Positions 16,842-27,354 of a stretch of DNA of 39,326 nucleotides are shown one piece after another (the first letter of the stretch is position 1; every line of letters starts with the position of its first letter). This stretch comes from a virus (lineage: Duplodnaviria > Caudoviricetes). The stretch lies in the IMG/VR virus record IMGVR_UViG_3300009095_000033, positions 1 through 39,326 of that record, one strand, 5' to 3'. The notes beneath the pieces were generated by a model. It was not told the origin of the DNA. It worked only from the letters and a program-made list of their open reading frames with translations, and made no database searches. The position numbers and the translations under genes were made by a program.

Positions 16842-17263
16842 CCCTGGGAACGACCAGCAAGCGCCGTCTCGGCCAGTGCCACCCCAAGCTTCAGCGGCTG
16901 ATCGAGGAGGTGGACCGGCGTCTGATGAAGCGCCAGGTGATGGATCTGACCGTCGTCTGCGGCCACCGCGGGCAGGCCGAGCAGGACGCGGCGAAGGCGG
17001 CGGGGCGCTCGACGAAGGCGTGGCCGGACTCGAAGCACAACCGGCTTCCCTCGCCGGCCGTGGACGTCGCCCCCTACCCCGTCGACTGGCACGACCGAGC
17101 GCGCTTCGCGCGGCTCGCGGGGTTCATCGAGGCTGTGGCCGCGGACCTGGACATCGAGGTCCGGTGGGGCGGCGACTGGGACCAGGACGGCCGCACCGCG
17201 GACGAGCGCTTCATCGACATGCCTCACCTGGAGTTGACCGACCGGGAGCTCTCGCGTCCGTGA
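16838..17263 (+). CDS. endolysin, M15 family L-Ala-D-Glu peptidase
   Basis: GHRG..EQ, SKHN..PSPAVD, WGGDW, DMPHLEL. Confidence 0.9.
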   Translation: MTLGTTSKRRLGQCHPKLQRLIEEVDRRLMKRQVMDLTVVCGHRGQAEQDAAKAAGRSTKAWPDSKHNRLPSPAVDVAPYPVDWHDRARFARLAGFIEAVAADLDIEVRWGGDWDQDGRTADERFIDMPHLELTDRELSRP

Positions 17264-17315
17264 GGCTCGGGACGGATCGCTGCGGCAGCTGCCTTGCTGA
17301 GAAGGGTTTGACGAC

Positions 17316-18920
17316 GTGCCCGAAGCCCAAACCGAGCAAATCCCCTTCGGGCCGCTACTCGAAACGAGCGGAGAGGAAATTGCTGGCTCTAGCCCCGAGG
17401 CCTACAACGTCATCATCGACGCTCGAGGAGCCCTCCGAAAGCGCCCCGGCCTTGCCGCGTACACGGGTGTTGCCCCGAGTACCGCCGTCGATGCGAACGG
17501 GGTGCTCGGCCTGTGGCTCACGCAGCCTCGGGTAAAGCACACGAGCGGCACCAGCACGGTCAGTGGCGAGCACCCGGCGGTGCTGTACGCGGTCGGCGCG
17601 ACCGTCAACGACGCGGGCGACGACCACAACCGGGGCAGGAACGTCTACCGCATCGAGAGCGGCTCGGCGACGATCGTGGGCACCGGAGCGACGGACGAGG
17701 ATCGGCTCTCCACGCCGCCAGCCATCGCGACGACGCGCTTCCCGCGCCCGGTGTTCGCCGAGACGGAGGCGCTGTTGCTGATCGCGGGCGGGGCCGAGAT
17801 CGGGCAGATCGACATCCGGCCCGAGACGTTCAGCTCGCCCAACTTCACGACGAACGCCGACTACCACGAGATGAGCTTTCTCGACGGCTGCCCGCCGCTG
17901 GCGAGCCACATCCTGTGTAACAGCTCGCGCATCCTGGCCAACGACACGCAGCTCGACCAGACGAAGATCCGCTACTCGGACTCGAGCCAGGGCATCGTGA
18001 GCATCGCCGGCCACCAGAGCTGGGACCCGAGCCCCGGAGCCGCCGGCTTCTTCACGGCCGAGGCTCGCAGCGATTCGCTCGTGGCCATCGCCGAGAACAC
18101 CAACGACATCTTCGCGTTCGGGCGCACCAGCTTGCAGCTCTTCGCGCCCGATTCGAGCCTGACATTCGCGCCCACGATCACGCGCGAGACGGGGTGCCTG
18201 GCCCCCTACAGCCCGGTGAAGTTCGATGACCGGTACGTCTGGGTCGACCACCTTTCCCGCATCGTGGCGAGCGATGGCCGGCAGTGGGAAGACGTCGGTG
18301 CTCCGATCCAGGGCTCGCTCGATGAGCTGACGACGCCTGAGGACGCCTACGGCTACCGGTTCAGCGAGAGCTTCGCCGATGTAGTGGTGTTCCGCTTCCA
18401 GGCGGACGAACGCACCTTCGCCTGGCAGCGCGGGGTGGGCTGGGCCGAGTGGGCCTCGACCGATTCCGCGGGCGACTTCGACCAGTTCCCGGTTCTGTCT
18501 CACCTGATGCGACACGACGGCGGTCTGAACGTCGTGGGGCTCGAAGACGGCACCATCCGGACCCTGAGCCTGCAAAACACGACCGACCTGGGAGAGGCCA
18601 TCGTCGCGCGGGTCAGGACGGGGTTTCTCGATCGGGGCTCGGACAACCTGAAGTTTTGCTCCTCGGTGCGCCTGACGCTGAAACGCACGGCCGACATCTC
18701 GAACGGAGTGGTATGCTTCCTGGAGTTCCGAGACGATCTGGGCGACGAATGGACCTCTCTCCCGATCGATCTCGGGGTTGAGGACGCGAACATGACGCCG
18801 ACGATCATGCTGAGGAGCCTGGGCACGTACCGCCGGCGGCAGTGGCGGTTTCGCTTCCCTGACTCCGCCGAGCTGGTGCTGGTGCGAGCGAGCGAAACGT
18901 TTGAGATCTTGGAGTCCTGA
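17316..18920 (+). CDS. tail nozzle / P22 gp10-like DNA stabilization protein
   Basis: LRKRPGL, FFTAEARSDSLVAI, FAFG, GCLAPYS, LRSLG...RRQWRFRF. Confidence 0.8.
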   Translation: MPEAQTEQIPFGPLLETSGEEIAGSSPEAYNVIIDARGALRKRPGLAAYTGVAPSTAVDANGVLGLWLTQPRVKHTSGTSTVSGEHPAVLYAVGATVNDAGDDHNRGRNVYRIESGSATIVGTGATDEDRLSTPPAIATTRFPRPVFAETEALLLIAGGAEIGQIDIRPETFSSPNFTTNADYHEMSFLDGCPPLASHILCNSSRILANDTQLDQTKIRYSDSSQGIVSIAGHQSWDPSPGAAGFFTAEARSDSLVAIAENTNDIFAFGRTSLQLFAPDSSLTFAPTITRETGCLAPYSPVKFDDRYVWVDHLSRIVASDGRQWEDVGAPIQGSLDELTTPEDAYGYRFSESFADVVVFRFQADERTFAWQRGVGWAEWASTDSAGDFDQFPVLSHLMRHDGGLNVVGLEDGTIRTLSLQNTTDLGEAIVARVRTGFLDRGSDNLKFCSSVRLTLKRTADISNGVVCFLEFRDDLGDEWTSLPIDLGVEDANMTPTIMLRSLGTYRRRQWRFRFPDSAELVLVRASETFEILES

Positions 18921-19424
18921 ATGAGCCTTCTCGGAAACATTGCCAAAATCGGCCTAGCACCCGTCACGGGCGGCGGGTCGCTCCTCGCCGGCGAGGACAC
19001 GTTGGCCCGCATCCCGGTCGTTGGCGCCCTCACCGGCAGCAAGACGAAGGCCCAGAAGCGCCTGGTCGAAGAGCAGAAGCGGATGGCGACGGACATGCGC
19101 AAGCGCTCTGCGATGAACGAGCGCGCGCGGCTCAACGCCATGCAGCAGAAGCTTGGGGCAGTCGCCCCGCTCAACCAGGCCATGGCCCAGATGTACGGAC
19201 CCGACGCGGCGTTCTCTCCGGAGCAGTTCGCGCAGATGGGCGCGAATCCCTTCGGGCCCTACAAAGGCGTTTGGGGCCAAGGCACGGATGAAGAGCGCCG
19301 CAACCAGGTGCTCGACAAGCAGGCGGAAGAGCGGCGCCAGGCAGCGCTTCGCGCGATGCCCGCGCCTGGCCCTGGGCCCGCCCCGCTCGCACGGCGTAGG
19401 CCGCAGGCGGCCCGGAGGTTCTGA
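18921..19424 (+). CDS. putative small ejection (pilot) protein
   Basis: Gly-rich hydrophobic N-terminus, Gln/Met-rich helices; follows the nozzle gene. Confidence 0.55.
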   Translation: MSLLGNIAKIGLAPVTGGGSLLAGEDTLARIPVVGALTGSKTKAQKRLVEEQKRMATDMRKRSAMNERARLNAMQQKLGAVAPLNQAMAQMYGPDAAFSPEQFAQMGANPFGPYKGVWGQGTDEERRNQVLDKQAEERRQAALRAMPAPGPGPAPLARRRPQAARRF

Positions 19425-21367
19425 TGGCCAGCTACAACACGACCCCCATCTCGACCGCGCGGCGCGCCGTGCGCGGGGCTTCCCCCTCGGCCGCGTTCGC
19501 TCACGACGTGGAGTCGATGCCCAGCGTACCGGGCTCGGGCTACAATACGAGCCCCGTCTCCTCGACGCGGCGCAACGTGACGGGTGGCATGCCGGCGCCG
19601 AGCAGCGCCTTTGCCGTGGCGCCTGACCCGCCCCCTTCGACGTTCCAGGACCCGGGCAACAACATGGTGAACCCCGGGTACACCGAGCAGGCCTTCGGCG
19701 CGCTCCAGAACAGGCTGATGGAGGACCCGAGCGCGGGCCTGCTTCAGGACCAGTACGGCCAGACGCAGAGCGCTTCTGCGGGCGAGAACTTCATGAACCA
19801 GAACCTCGGGACGCTTCAGGGCCCGGGGCAGGGCGAGCAGTACTGGAACCAGGTCCAGGGTCAGTTCATGGACCCCTTCTCGGGTGAGCAGTTCGCGCGC
19901 GAGCAGGCGCAGGCGCTCTCTCCCTCGGGGGCCGCTGGCGCCTTCAACGCGCAGGCTCAGGGCCAATACGACCAATTCACGGGCTTCAGTGGCGCGGGCA
20001 ACGCCCAGGGGCAGTACGGCCAGAGCGCGGCGAGCCTCGCGGGCGGCACTGCGGGCGAGCAAGGCATGGGACAGATCGCGGGGCAGTACGGGCAGATCGG
20101 GCAGTACCAGGGCGGCAACAACGCGCTCGGTCAGTACCAGCAGAACGCCGGCAGCGGGCCCATGGCGGGCCAGACCTTCTACGACCAGGTGGGGGGCAGC
20201 TACAACGACGTGGGCAGGTACACCGACCAGAACCGCGCAGGCGGCCAGTACGAACAGACCCAGGGGGCATTCGGCGATCTGCCGATCGCGGAGTTCGATC
20301 CCTTCTACGACCGGGCGCGCCAGCTCGCGACGCAGGACTACAATCGGCAGAGCGCGGCGCGGGGCGTGTACGGGTCGAGCGAGGCGCTGAGCGGCATCGG
20401 CAACGTGATCACGGACATCGAGGCGCAGCGCGCCAACCGCTCCTTCGACGCGGAGATGGCTCGGGCGCAGGAGCAGCGGGCGCGGCAGCAGCTGCTCGGC
20501 GAGCAGGCGCGCATGGGCGATCTGTCGTCGCTCGGCGCGTTCAGCGCGAACATGAGCGGGCTCCAGACCTTCGGCGACCTGGCCCGGACCGCGGGCGAGC
20601 AGTCGCTTGCGCAACAGGACATGCTCGGGCGCCAGGCGCGGGACGCGGACCGCACGGGGCTCGAAGCGTTCGGCCAGAACCTCGAAGGCGCCCGGACCTT
20701 CGCGGACATCAACGAGGGCATGGGCCGCCTCGAGCTCGACCGCAACCGAGTGCTCGGGGACATGGCCAACGCGGCCGACAGCCAGGCGCTCGGCGCCCAG
20801 GAGGCGAACATCCGAGGCCTCTCGACGCTGGGCGACATCGCAGGCCAGGCCGACAGGTCCGAGATCGACCGGTTCCGCTCCAGCACGGATGCGGCGCTCG
20901 CCGCCGACCGGCTCGGGCTCGACCGCATGTCGACGGGAGCCGACATCGCGTTCCGGGGCGACGACTCGCGGCGGGCGGACTTCGACTCGGAGAGCCGCGC
21001 GGCGAACCAGGCCGCCCAGCTCGGGCTCGACCGCACGCGGCTCGGCGCAGACATCGCGCAGACGCTCAGCCAGAACGACCTGGCTCGAATCAACAGCACG
21101 ATGAACGCGGCAGGCTCGGCCGAGAGCGACCGTCAGGCGCGGCAGAGCGCGCGCATGGATGACCAGTTCCGCATGACCGACACCATCATGCGCTCCATCG
21201 GGGCCGACATGGAGAGCGTCATCGCGGGCGGCACCCAGGACTTCGAGCGGCAGTGGCAGGCGACGATCCTGCCCCGTATGCAAGAGGCCGGGATGGACCA
21301 GAAGCAGATCGATCAGACCTACGAAGCGCTGCGCATGGGCGCTGAAGCGTATGCGGCGGGTGCCTGA
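19424..21367 (+). CDS. putative DNA ejection / internal virion protein
   Basis: Gln/Gly/Ala-rich, GQY and LGLDR repeats, AARGVYGSS motif. Confidence 0.7.
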   Translation: MASYNTTPISTARRAVRGASPSAAFAHDVESMPSVPGSGYNTSPVSSTRRNVTGGMPAPSSAFAVAPDPPPSTFQDPGNNMVNPGYTEQAFGALQNRLMEDPSAGLLQDQYGQTQSASAGENFMNQNLGTLQGPGQGEQYWNQVQGQFMDPFSGEQFAREQAQALSPSGAAGAFNAQAQGQYDQFTGFSGAGNAQGQYGQSAASLAGGTAGEQGMGQIAGQYGQIGQYQGGNNALGQYQQNAGSGPMAGQTFYDQVGGSYNDVGRYTDQNRAGGQYEQTQGAFGDLPIAEFDPFYDRARQLATQDYNRQSAARGVYGSSEALSGIGNVITDIEAQRANRSFDAEMARAQEQRARQQLLGEQARMGDLSSLGAFSANMSGLQTFGDLARTAGEQSLAQQDMLGRQARDADRTGLEAFGQNLEGARTFADINEGMGRLELDRNRVLGDMANAADSQALGAQEANIRGLSTLGDIAGQADRSEIDRFRSSTDAALAADRLGLDRMSTGADIAFRGDDSRRADFDSESRAANQAAQLGLDRTRLGADIAQTLSQNDLARINSTMNAAGSAESDRQARQSARMDDQFRMTDTIMRSIGADMESVIAGGTQDFERQWQATILPRMQEAGMDQKQIDQTYEALRMGAEAYAAGA

Positions 21368-23466
21368 TGGCTATCGACTTTTCCAGCATGCTGCTCGACT
21401 CCAGCCCAGCCGTCAGGCTCGGCGGGATCAACTGGGGCGCGGGCTCCGCGGAGCGCGAGCGGCTGAAGCTCGAACGGGAGAAGTTCGAGGAGCAGAAGCG
21501 CAGGCGCGCTGAGGATGCGCAGCTCGCGCGGCTGCAAGAGGACGGGCTCGCGAAGCGTGCGGCAGCCAAGGCCGAGGCTGAGCGCTTGGCGGCGCTCCAA
21601 GCTGACCGCATGGAGGTTCAGAAGACCTTTCTCGACCGATCGAGCTCCGGCGACATCGAAGGCGCCCAAGCGCTCATCCCGATGATGAGCGCGCTCGGGA
21701 TGGGCGTCGAGCTCGAGGGCGAAGAGGACGGGCTGCCGCGGTACCGGATCGACATGGACGCGGAGGCAGCGGCCGAGGAGCAGCGCGCGCAGGCGGCGCA
21801 GCAAGCGACCTTCGGCGCGGGGGAGACGGCCGAGCAGAGCCTCTCGCGCATGGGCGGCGCTCACGGTATCGGCTACGACGACTCGGCGATCGGATCGATG
21901 GACGCCCCGGCGGGCATCGCCAGCACGGACCAGGTCGATGACCAGGGGTTCACGGTGGCCGAGCGCGTGGCGAGCACCTACGGGGAGCCGGGGGAGAAGT
22001 TCGCGATGGCTCAGCCCGCGGCGCCCGACGCGATGGGCTCGGTGCCGAGCAACGTGCTGGACATGGGCGCGCTCCAGATGCAGACGCTCCAGCGGCTCGA
22101 CCCGGCGCTCGGCGCGCTTTCGAGCGCGTACGCCGAACCCTATCGACAGAGCTCGGATGCGACGGCGTCGGCGGTGCGCGGGCTCGGGCTTCCGGCGACC
22201 AAGGCGCTCGAAGAGTTCCGGTCGATGCGCGGGTTGGCGGACCCGACGATCTCTGAGTCGCTGGACCGCGGAGACGCCCGGATGGAAGCGCTGGAGGCGC
22301 GCGCGAAGGAGCGCTACGCCCAAGGCCGAGCTCAGGACAAGGAAGCCTACGACCGTTACAAGACCGGGTTCACCACGATCGGTGAGAACATGGCGAACCA
22401 GTACGAAGTCAGGGCGCGCCTGAGGTCATCGGGCATCAACGAACGCGCGCTGGAGACGCTGACCAACGACGATCCGGCGGACGACCTTCAGGCGCTCTCG
22501 ACGATCTCTCGCGGCTTCGGTGAGCGCGGGGCGACTTCCGAGAATGACGCCACACGCGCGCTCGGGATCAAAGCAGGCGGATGGGTCGCGCAATTCAAGA
22601 CCTGGGCCAGTCAGGGGCTCGGGTCTGGGCTCGCGGAGGAGCACCGGAAGGCCCTCGTCGAAGTGCTCACGAAGGCGCAGGCCGAGAACGATCAGGCCCT
22701 CGAGACCTTCAGCTCACGCTTGGTCGATTTCCAGAACGATCCGGAGGCAGATGCGGACACCAAGCGCGGCGTGCGCGACTTGTGGCGCATCCTGACCCCG
22801 GAACGCATTCGCCAGAAGACCGAAGCGGAGCGCCCGGCGCCCGAAGAGAGATCGGGCAGCGGCGGGCAGCGCGGCGCGCGAAGGACCCCCACCGACCCCG
22901 ACCAGATGAGCGATCTGGAATGGTGGGTGGACGCCGAGGCTGGGATCAACGGGCTCGACGTGGACGCCATCCTGGACGTGATCCGAGTGGAGAGCGGCGG
23001 CAACCCGAAGGCTCGCAACCCGAGCGGCGCGACGGGCCTGATCCAATTCATGCCCGAGACGGCTAGGGGCCTCGGGACGACGACCGAAGAGATCGCCGAG
23101 ATGCCGGTCGAGGACCAGGTGCGCCTGGCCGTCCAATACTTCGAGCGCAGCGGCATCACCGCCGACAGCCCGCCCGGTGACTACGCGGTTGCGGTCGCGG
23201 CCCCGGCGTTCGTGGGCAAGCCCGATTCCGCGGTCGTCTACCAGCAGGGCTCGAAGGCCTGGGAGCAGAACAAGCCCTGGCGCCCCAAGGGCGGCGGCGA
23301 CATCACGGTCGGCTCCATCAAGGCGGCCTACCAGCGCAAGGGCGTCGGGTCTCCGCCGACAGAGCGCCAGGAGCCCGCGGGCCCTCCCCTGCCCCCGCCT
23401 GAGCAGATGACCCCTGAGCAGCGCCGCGCCCGGATCGCGGAGCTGAGAAAGCAGCTCGGACGATGA
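21367..23466 (+). CDS. internal virion protein with C-terminal lytic transglycosylase (SLT) domain
   Basis: VIRVESGGNPKARNPSGATGLIQFMPETARGLG. Confidence 0.85.
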   Translation: MAIDFSSMLLDSSPAVRLGGINWGAGSAERERLKLEREKFEEQKRRRAEDAQLARLQEDGLAKRAAAKAEAERLAALQADRMEVQKTFLDRSSSGDIEGAQALIPMMSALGMGVELEGEEDGLPRYRIDMDAEAAAEEQRAQAAQQATFGAGETAEQSLSRMGGAHGIGYDDSAIGSMDAPAGIASTDQVDDQGFTVAERVASTYGEPGEKFAMAQPAAPDAMGSVPSNVLDMGALQMQTLQRLDPALGALSSAYAEPYRQSSDATASAVRGLGLPATKALEEFRSMRGLADPTISESLDRGDARMEALEARAKERYAQGRAQDKEAYDRYKTGFTTIGENMANQYEVRARLRSSGINERALETLTNDDPADDLQALSTISRGFGERGATSENDATRALGIKAGGWVAQFKTWASQGLGSGLAEEHRKALVEVLTKAQAENDQALETFSSRLVDFQNDPEADADTKRGVRDLWRILTPERIRQKTEAERPAPEERSGSGGQRGARRTPTDPDQMSDLEWWVDAEAGINGLDVDAILDVIRVESGGNPKARNPSGATGLIQFMPETARGLGTTTEEIAEMPVEDQVRLAVQYFERSGITADSPPGDYAVAVAAPAFVGKPDSAVVYQQGSKAWEQNKPWRPKGGGDITVGSIKAAYQRKGVGSPPTERQEPAGPPLPPPEQMTPEQRRARIAELRKQLGR

Positions 23467-26400
23467 GCCCCGAGGAAGAGCTGAAGCTGCTCGAGGAGCT
23501 GGAAGCGCTCGAAGCGCTGGAGAATGGGGGCGCGCCGGCTGCCCCGGGCATCAGCCAAGAGGCGGAGCAGCTAGCGGCCGCCGTCGACCCTAGCATGCCC
23601 CTGCTGCCCCAGGTGCTCTCCCTGGAGTCGCCCACTACCCACCCCGGCGGCGAGGATGGCGCCGAATCGGAATGGCGCGCGGGCGGCGGCGGGCGCGGCG
23701 TGTACGTCTACGAGCCCCCGGTCGAGAAGGCGAAAGAGGAGCTGTCGAGCAACCCTCAGCTGCTCCAGACGCTGTTCCCCGGGGAGGAAATCAGGCCGGA
23801 ATGGATCGGCATGATGGACGAAAACTCGGACATCTACCGCGCCTATTCCGACTACAAGTGGTCACAGACGGCGCGAGCCGCGGCCGAGTCGGGGAAGACC
23901 GCCTACCGCTACTCGCGCATGCCCTGGCTCGGCGAGGGCAGCTTCAGCGACCAGCTCTCGCAGGTGCTCAGCAAGTCGATCGGCGCCGCGGTGCCGGCGA
24001 TGGGCGCCGTCTCAGAGTTCGTGATGGGCGTCGATGATGTGGCCACCTTCGGGCTCGGGGAGCTCGCGGGGCAGGCCGTGGACGAAGCGGAGCCGCTGAG
24101 TGCTCCCGAGGGCGGCGGCAAGTTCGACTTCGTGTACTCGAGCGGCGGACAGCCGGGCGGCGCGGGCGAGGTGGACACGGACAGCGCCGCCTACACGGCG
24201 GGCCAGGTCGCGGGCATCTTCACCCCGGGCGGGCTCGCCAACAGCGTGTGGGGCCTACTCGGCAAGGCCCCTGCTGCCGTCGCCAAGGCGGTCGGTGGCG
24301 GCGCCATGGGCGCGGCGGCGCGCCTGGCCACTGCGGCCCCTGTGGCGGCCGTGGCGGGCGGTGCGGGGCAAGCGGTGCGCGAGGGCGTCAGCGCGGCGAG
24401 CGGGCTCATCACCGAGGGCGACACGGGCACGACGCTGAGCGACGCTCGGCAGCGTGTGGTCGAGTCGGCGCTCGACCCGGTGAACCTCGGGCTGGGCGTG
24501 GCCGGCGAGGGCGTGGGTGCCGTGGCGTCGGGGGCGGCAGGCCTGATCCGCAACAGCCCTCACTACACGGGAGCGATCGAGCGCCTGGAAAAGCTCGGGG
24601 GCAAGGTGAAGATGTTCCGCGGCCCCACCGGAACCCCGGACGCAGAGCAGGCGATTCGATCCGGGCGGGCGCGCGACGTGTCGGCGGCGGATGTCGTGGC
24701 CGAGCGCGCGGCGCCGAAGATCGAAGGCGTGGAGCGGCTGGAGCAAGCCGAGGGTATGCAGTCGGCTCAGCACTCGATGCGCGAGGAGAGCCAAGCCACC
24801 AAGGCCCTGCGCAAGCAGATCGACGACGAGAACGAGGCGTTCTTTGCGTCCAGCGAGGGCTCTCGCCGCTTGCCGGCGGTCGAGACCGCGAACGAGGGGC
24901 TGAGCATCCTGCGCAAGCGCCACCAGGTCGAGGACGGCGCCCTGCGCCCGATCGGTGGCAGGAACGCCGAGATCGAGGCGATCCGATCGCAGTTCAACAG
25001 TGACCTGGTTGGCGTGCATATTGTCCCGCACGATGGCGCGATCGAGATGTCGGTCGATGAGGCGGCGAAGTTCCTGGACGGCGGCCTGAAGCGGAGCCTG
25101 GCCAAGAAGGCCGGGATCGACCCGCCCCCGTCGCCGCCCACCGGCGGATCCCCGTCGCCCGGCCCCGGCCCCGCGCCGAGCGGAGGCGCGCCCGGGGGCC
25201 CAGGGGTGAACAGCCAGGGCGTCAACGTGCTCAGCCCGAGAGCGCCCGAGCCTGAGAGCGTCGCCTCGCTTCTCACCAAGAGCATGCCCGGCGGCGCCAG
25301 GGAGACGCGCTCGGTGCCCGCCTCGGTGCGGCGCGCCGTGGACCAGGTCAGCGCGCGCACGAGGCAGGCCGTCAAGAAGCTCAGCGCTGACGAGCTCGAC
25401 GCGATCAAGGCCTGGTCGACGTCCAGCCTCGCCACAAAGGGCTCCTACTCGCGAGCGGCGCGTACCCCGGAAGAGCAGGCGCAGCGCATGCGCAGCCGCG
25501 GCTACGACGACGCCGAGATCGCTCGGGATGCGCAGCGCACGCAGGCGCGCGGCGGCAAATTCACGAGCGGCCGAGACGAGGCCACGATCAAGGCGCTCGA
25601 CGGCGCCATGGAGAAGCTCAGCATCGAAAACCCGACCCAGTACGGGAGCCTGTACCGAGGATTCTCGGCGGGTGATTCGGTGTACGAAATGCCCGAGATC
25701 GACGAGCTCATGAAGCGCGACACCTTCGTGAACAAGACGCCGATATCCACGACCTACAACCCGGGCAAGGCCGAGGAGTTCACGGCCGGCGCCTTCGTGC
25801 ACGAGGGTCAGACCCCGGTGCTCCTGGAGTTCAAGAGCGTTCGGCGCGGCGCCCCGCGCGTGCACCCCGACGTCCAGTCACTCGACGAGAGCGCGCGCAT
25901 GGGCGAGTCCGAGGTGCTCATCCCGCCGGGCTCCACCTTCAAGGTTCTGGACCGCAAGACGCGCGACATCACGCAGGGCGGCGACAAGCGCACCGCGCAC
26001 GTCATAACGCTGGAGCAGGTCGACGACGCCCCGCGCGAGGCCTGGACCGACGCGGCCATGATCGGCGCGGCGCTCGGGATCGGCGCGGCGACGGGCGACG
26101 AACAGGGAGCGGCGGCGGCGAGCGCCGGGGGCCTGGCGATGGCCCTCAAAAAGAAGGGAATCGGCAAGGTCTTCGTCACGCCTCGCCGGTACACGGCCGG
26201 CGCCCACGAAGAGCGTCTGCGCTCGCTTCAGGTGCTCGGTGACGGAAAGTCTCCGGTCAAGCGCGAGGCGCGCGCGCTGTACCTCGCCGCGCTGCGCGAC
26301 CGCGACCAGCGCCCGCTGAAGGGCGCCGTGGGCGGATGGTCGAAGCTCCAGCAGAGCCACAAGACCGCGCTCGACCTGGCCGAAGAGGCGGGCAGCTCGG

Positions 26401-26777
26401 CCTCGAAGCGCTTCACCGAATCGAAAGAGCCCCCGCTTCCCGCTCACCGCCGACTGGTCCGATACGGGTCACAACGGGAGGGCGAGCTCCCGGGCAAGCT
26501 GGAGCTCGAGCGCTTGGCGGCGAAGGGCGGCGCCACGGACGAGCTGAACACGCTGCGTCTGCTCGACCCCCTGGAGCAGCTCCGCGGGCAGATGGCTTTG
26601 CGCCGCTCTGGCACCGGCACGTCGGCGCGTGGCGCGCTCGGCATCTTGGGCGCCACCGCTGACCAGGGCGTGCTACGCCTCGCCTATCCGACCCTGAACG
26701 CCCTTTCCCGCACCCCGCTGCAAGGTGGGACACTGGGCGCGAGAGTGCAACAGCTCACGAACGAGGATCCCGAATGA
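23463..26777 (+). CDS. large ejection protein with an internal ADP-ribosyltransferase (R-S-E) domain
   Basis: ELDAIKAW, LYRG (R732), STT (S762), GESEVLIPPG (E815/E817); Gly/Ala hydrophobic segments. Confidence 0.8.
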   Translation: MSPEEELKLLEELEALEALENGGAPAAPGISQEAEQLAAAVDPSMPLLPQVLSLESPTTHPGGEDGAESEWRAGGGGRGVYVYEPPVEKAKEELSSNPQLLQTLFPGEEIRPEWIGMMDENSDIYRAYSDYKWSQTARAAAESGKTAYRYSRMPWLGEGSFSDQLSQVLSKSIGAAVPAMGAVSEFVMGVDDVATFGLGELAGQAVDEAEPLSAPEGGGKFDFVYSSGGQPGGAGEVDTDSAAYTAGQVAGIFTPGGLANSVWGLLGKAPAAVAKAVGGGAMGAAARLATAAPVAAVAGGAGQAVREGVSAASGLITEGDTGTTLSDARQRVVESALDPVNLGLGVAGEGVGAVASGAAGLIRNSPHYTGAIERLEKLGGKVKMFRGPTGTPDAEQAIRSGRARDVSAADVVAERAAPKIEGVERLEQAEGMQSAQHSMREESQATKALRKQIDDENEAFFASSEGSRRLPAVETANEGLSILRKRHQVEDGALRPIGGRNAEIEAIRSQFNSDLVGVHIVPHDGAIEMSVDEAAKFLDGGLKRSLAKKAGIDPPPSPPTGGSPSPGPGPAPSGGAPGGPGVNSQGVNVLSPRAPEPESVASLLTKSMPGGARETRSVPASVRRAVDQVSARTRQAVKKLSADELDAIKAWSTSSLATKGSYSRAARTPEEQAQRMRSRGYDDAEIARDAQRTQARGGKFTSGRDEATIKALDGAMEKLSIENPTQYGSLYRGFSAGDSVYEMPEIDELMKRDTFVNKTPISTTYNPGKAEEFTAGAFVHEGQTPVLLEFKSVRRGAPRVHPDVQSLDESARMGESEVLIPPGSTFKVLDRKTRDITQGGDKRTAHVITLEQVDDAPREAWTDAAMIGAALGIGAATGDEQGAAAASAGGLAMALKKKGIGKVFVTPRRYTAGAHEERLRSLQVLGDGKSPVKREARALYLAALRDRDQRPLKGAVGGWSKLQQSHKTALDLAEEAGSSASKRFTESKEPPLPAHRRLVRYGSQREGELPGKLELERLAAKGGATDELNTLRLLDPLEQLRGQMALRRSGTGTSARGALGILGATADQGVLRLAYPTLNALSRTPLQGGTLGARVQQLTNEDPE

Positions 26778-27208
26778 GCATCACCCACATCAAGTACCAG
26801 GGCGACGCCCTTCCCGACACGGAGACGGTTACCCTCTTCGACAGCCGCACCGCGTTCGCGGATGGCTCGTTTCACCTGCTGAATCAGAACTGGTTTCAGT
26901 GGTCGCTCGTCGCCACGGGAGCAGCTGGCGAGGTCACCGGCAGCTACATCAACGCCGCGGGCAGCAAGGTAGAGTTCTATTCTTCGGCGACGGTCGACGG
27001 CACGTTCGCTTCCGACGAAGTGCCCGTCAGCACGTTCAAAGACATCGTCTTCGAGTTCACGACCGCCGGCACGCTCACCGGCTTCGACCCGAACCTCACG
27101 CTCCACTGCGACAAGCCGACCAGCAAGGTCAGCGCAGCGGATGTCCTGCACGACGGGACCGCGGCGGCTGGATCCATCAACATCGTAGATGTCACGCCGT
27201 CAGGATGA
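26774..27208 (+). CDS. beta-rich hypothetical virion protein
   Basis: ATGA-coupled, GAGG RBS. Confidence 0.65.
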   Translation: MSITHIKYQGDALPDTETVTLFDSRTAFADGSFHLLNQNWFQWSLVATGAAGEVTGSYINAAGSKVEFYSSATVDGTFASDEVPVSTFKDIVFEFTTAGTLTGFDPNLTLHCDKPTSKVSAADVLHDGTAAAGSINIVDVTPSG

Positions 27209-27354
27209 CGTCCCCTGGAAGTAGTCGCGGGAGCCGAGAGCGGACTCGGCCCGGGGGGACGAAGCTGAATCTACGCCGCTCGACTCCCGCACCGGGAGTT
27301 ACTCACGGTCAAAGAGGTTGGTCAACACGCTCATTGCTTCAAGGAGGTCTGTCC

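Noticed and set aside
27227-27294. tRNA (GCGGGAG...CTCCCGC-A-CC resembles an acceptor stem)
   Set aside because: Only 64 nt between the stem ends, with no TTCRA T-loop or cloverleaf
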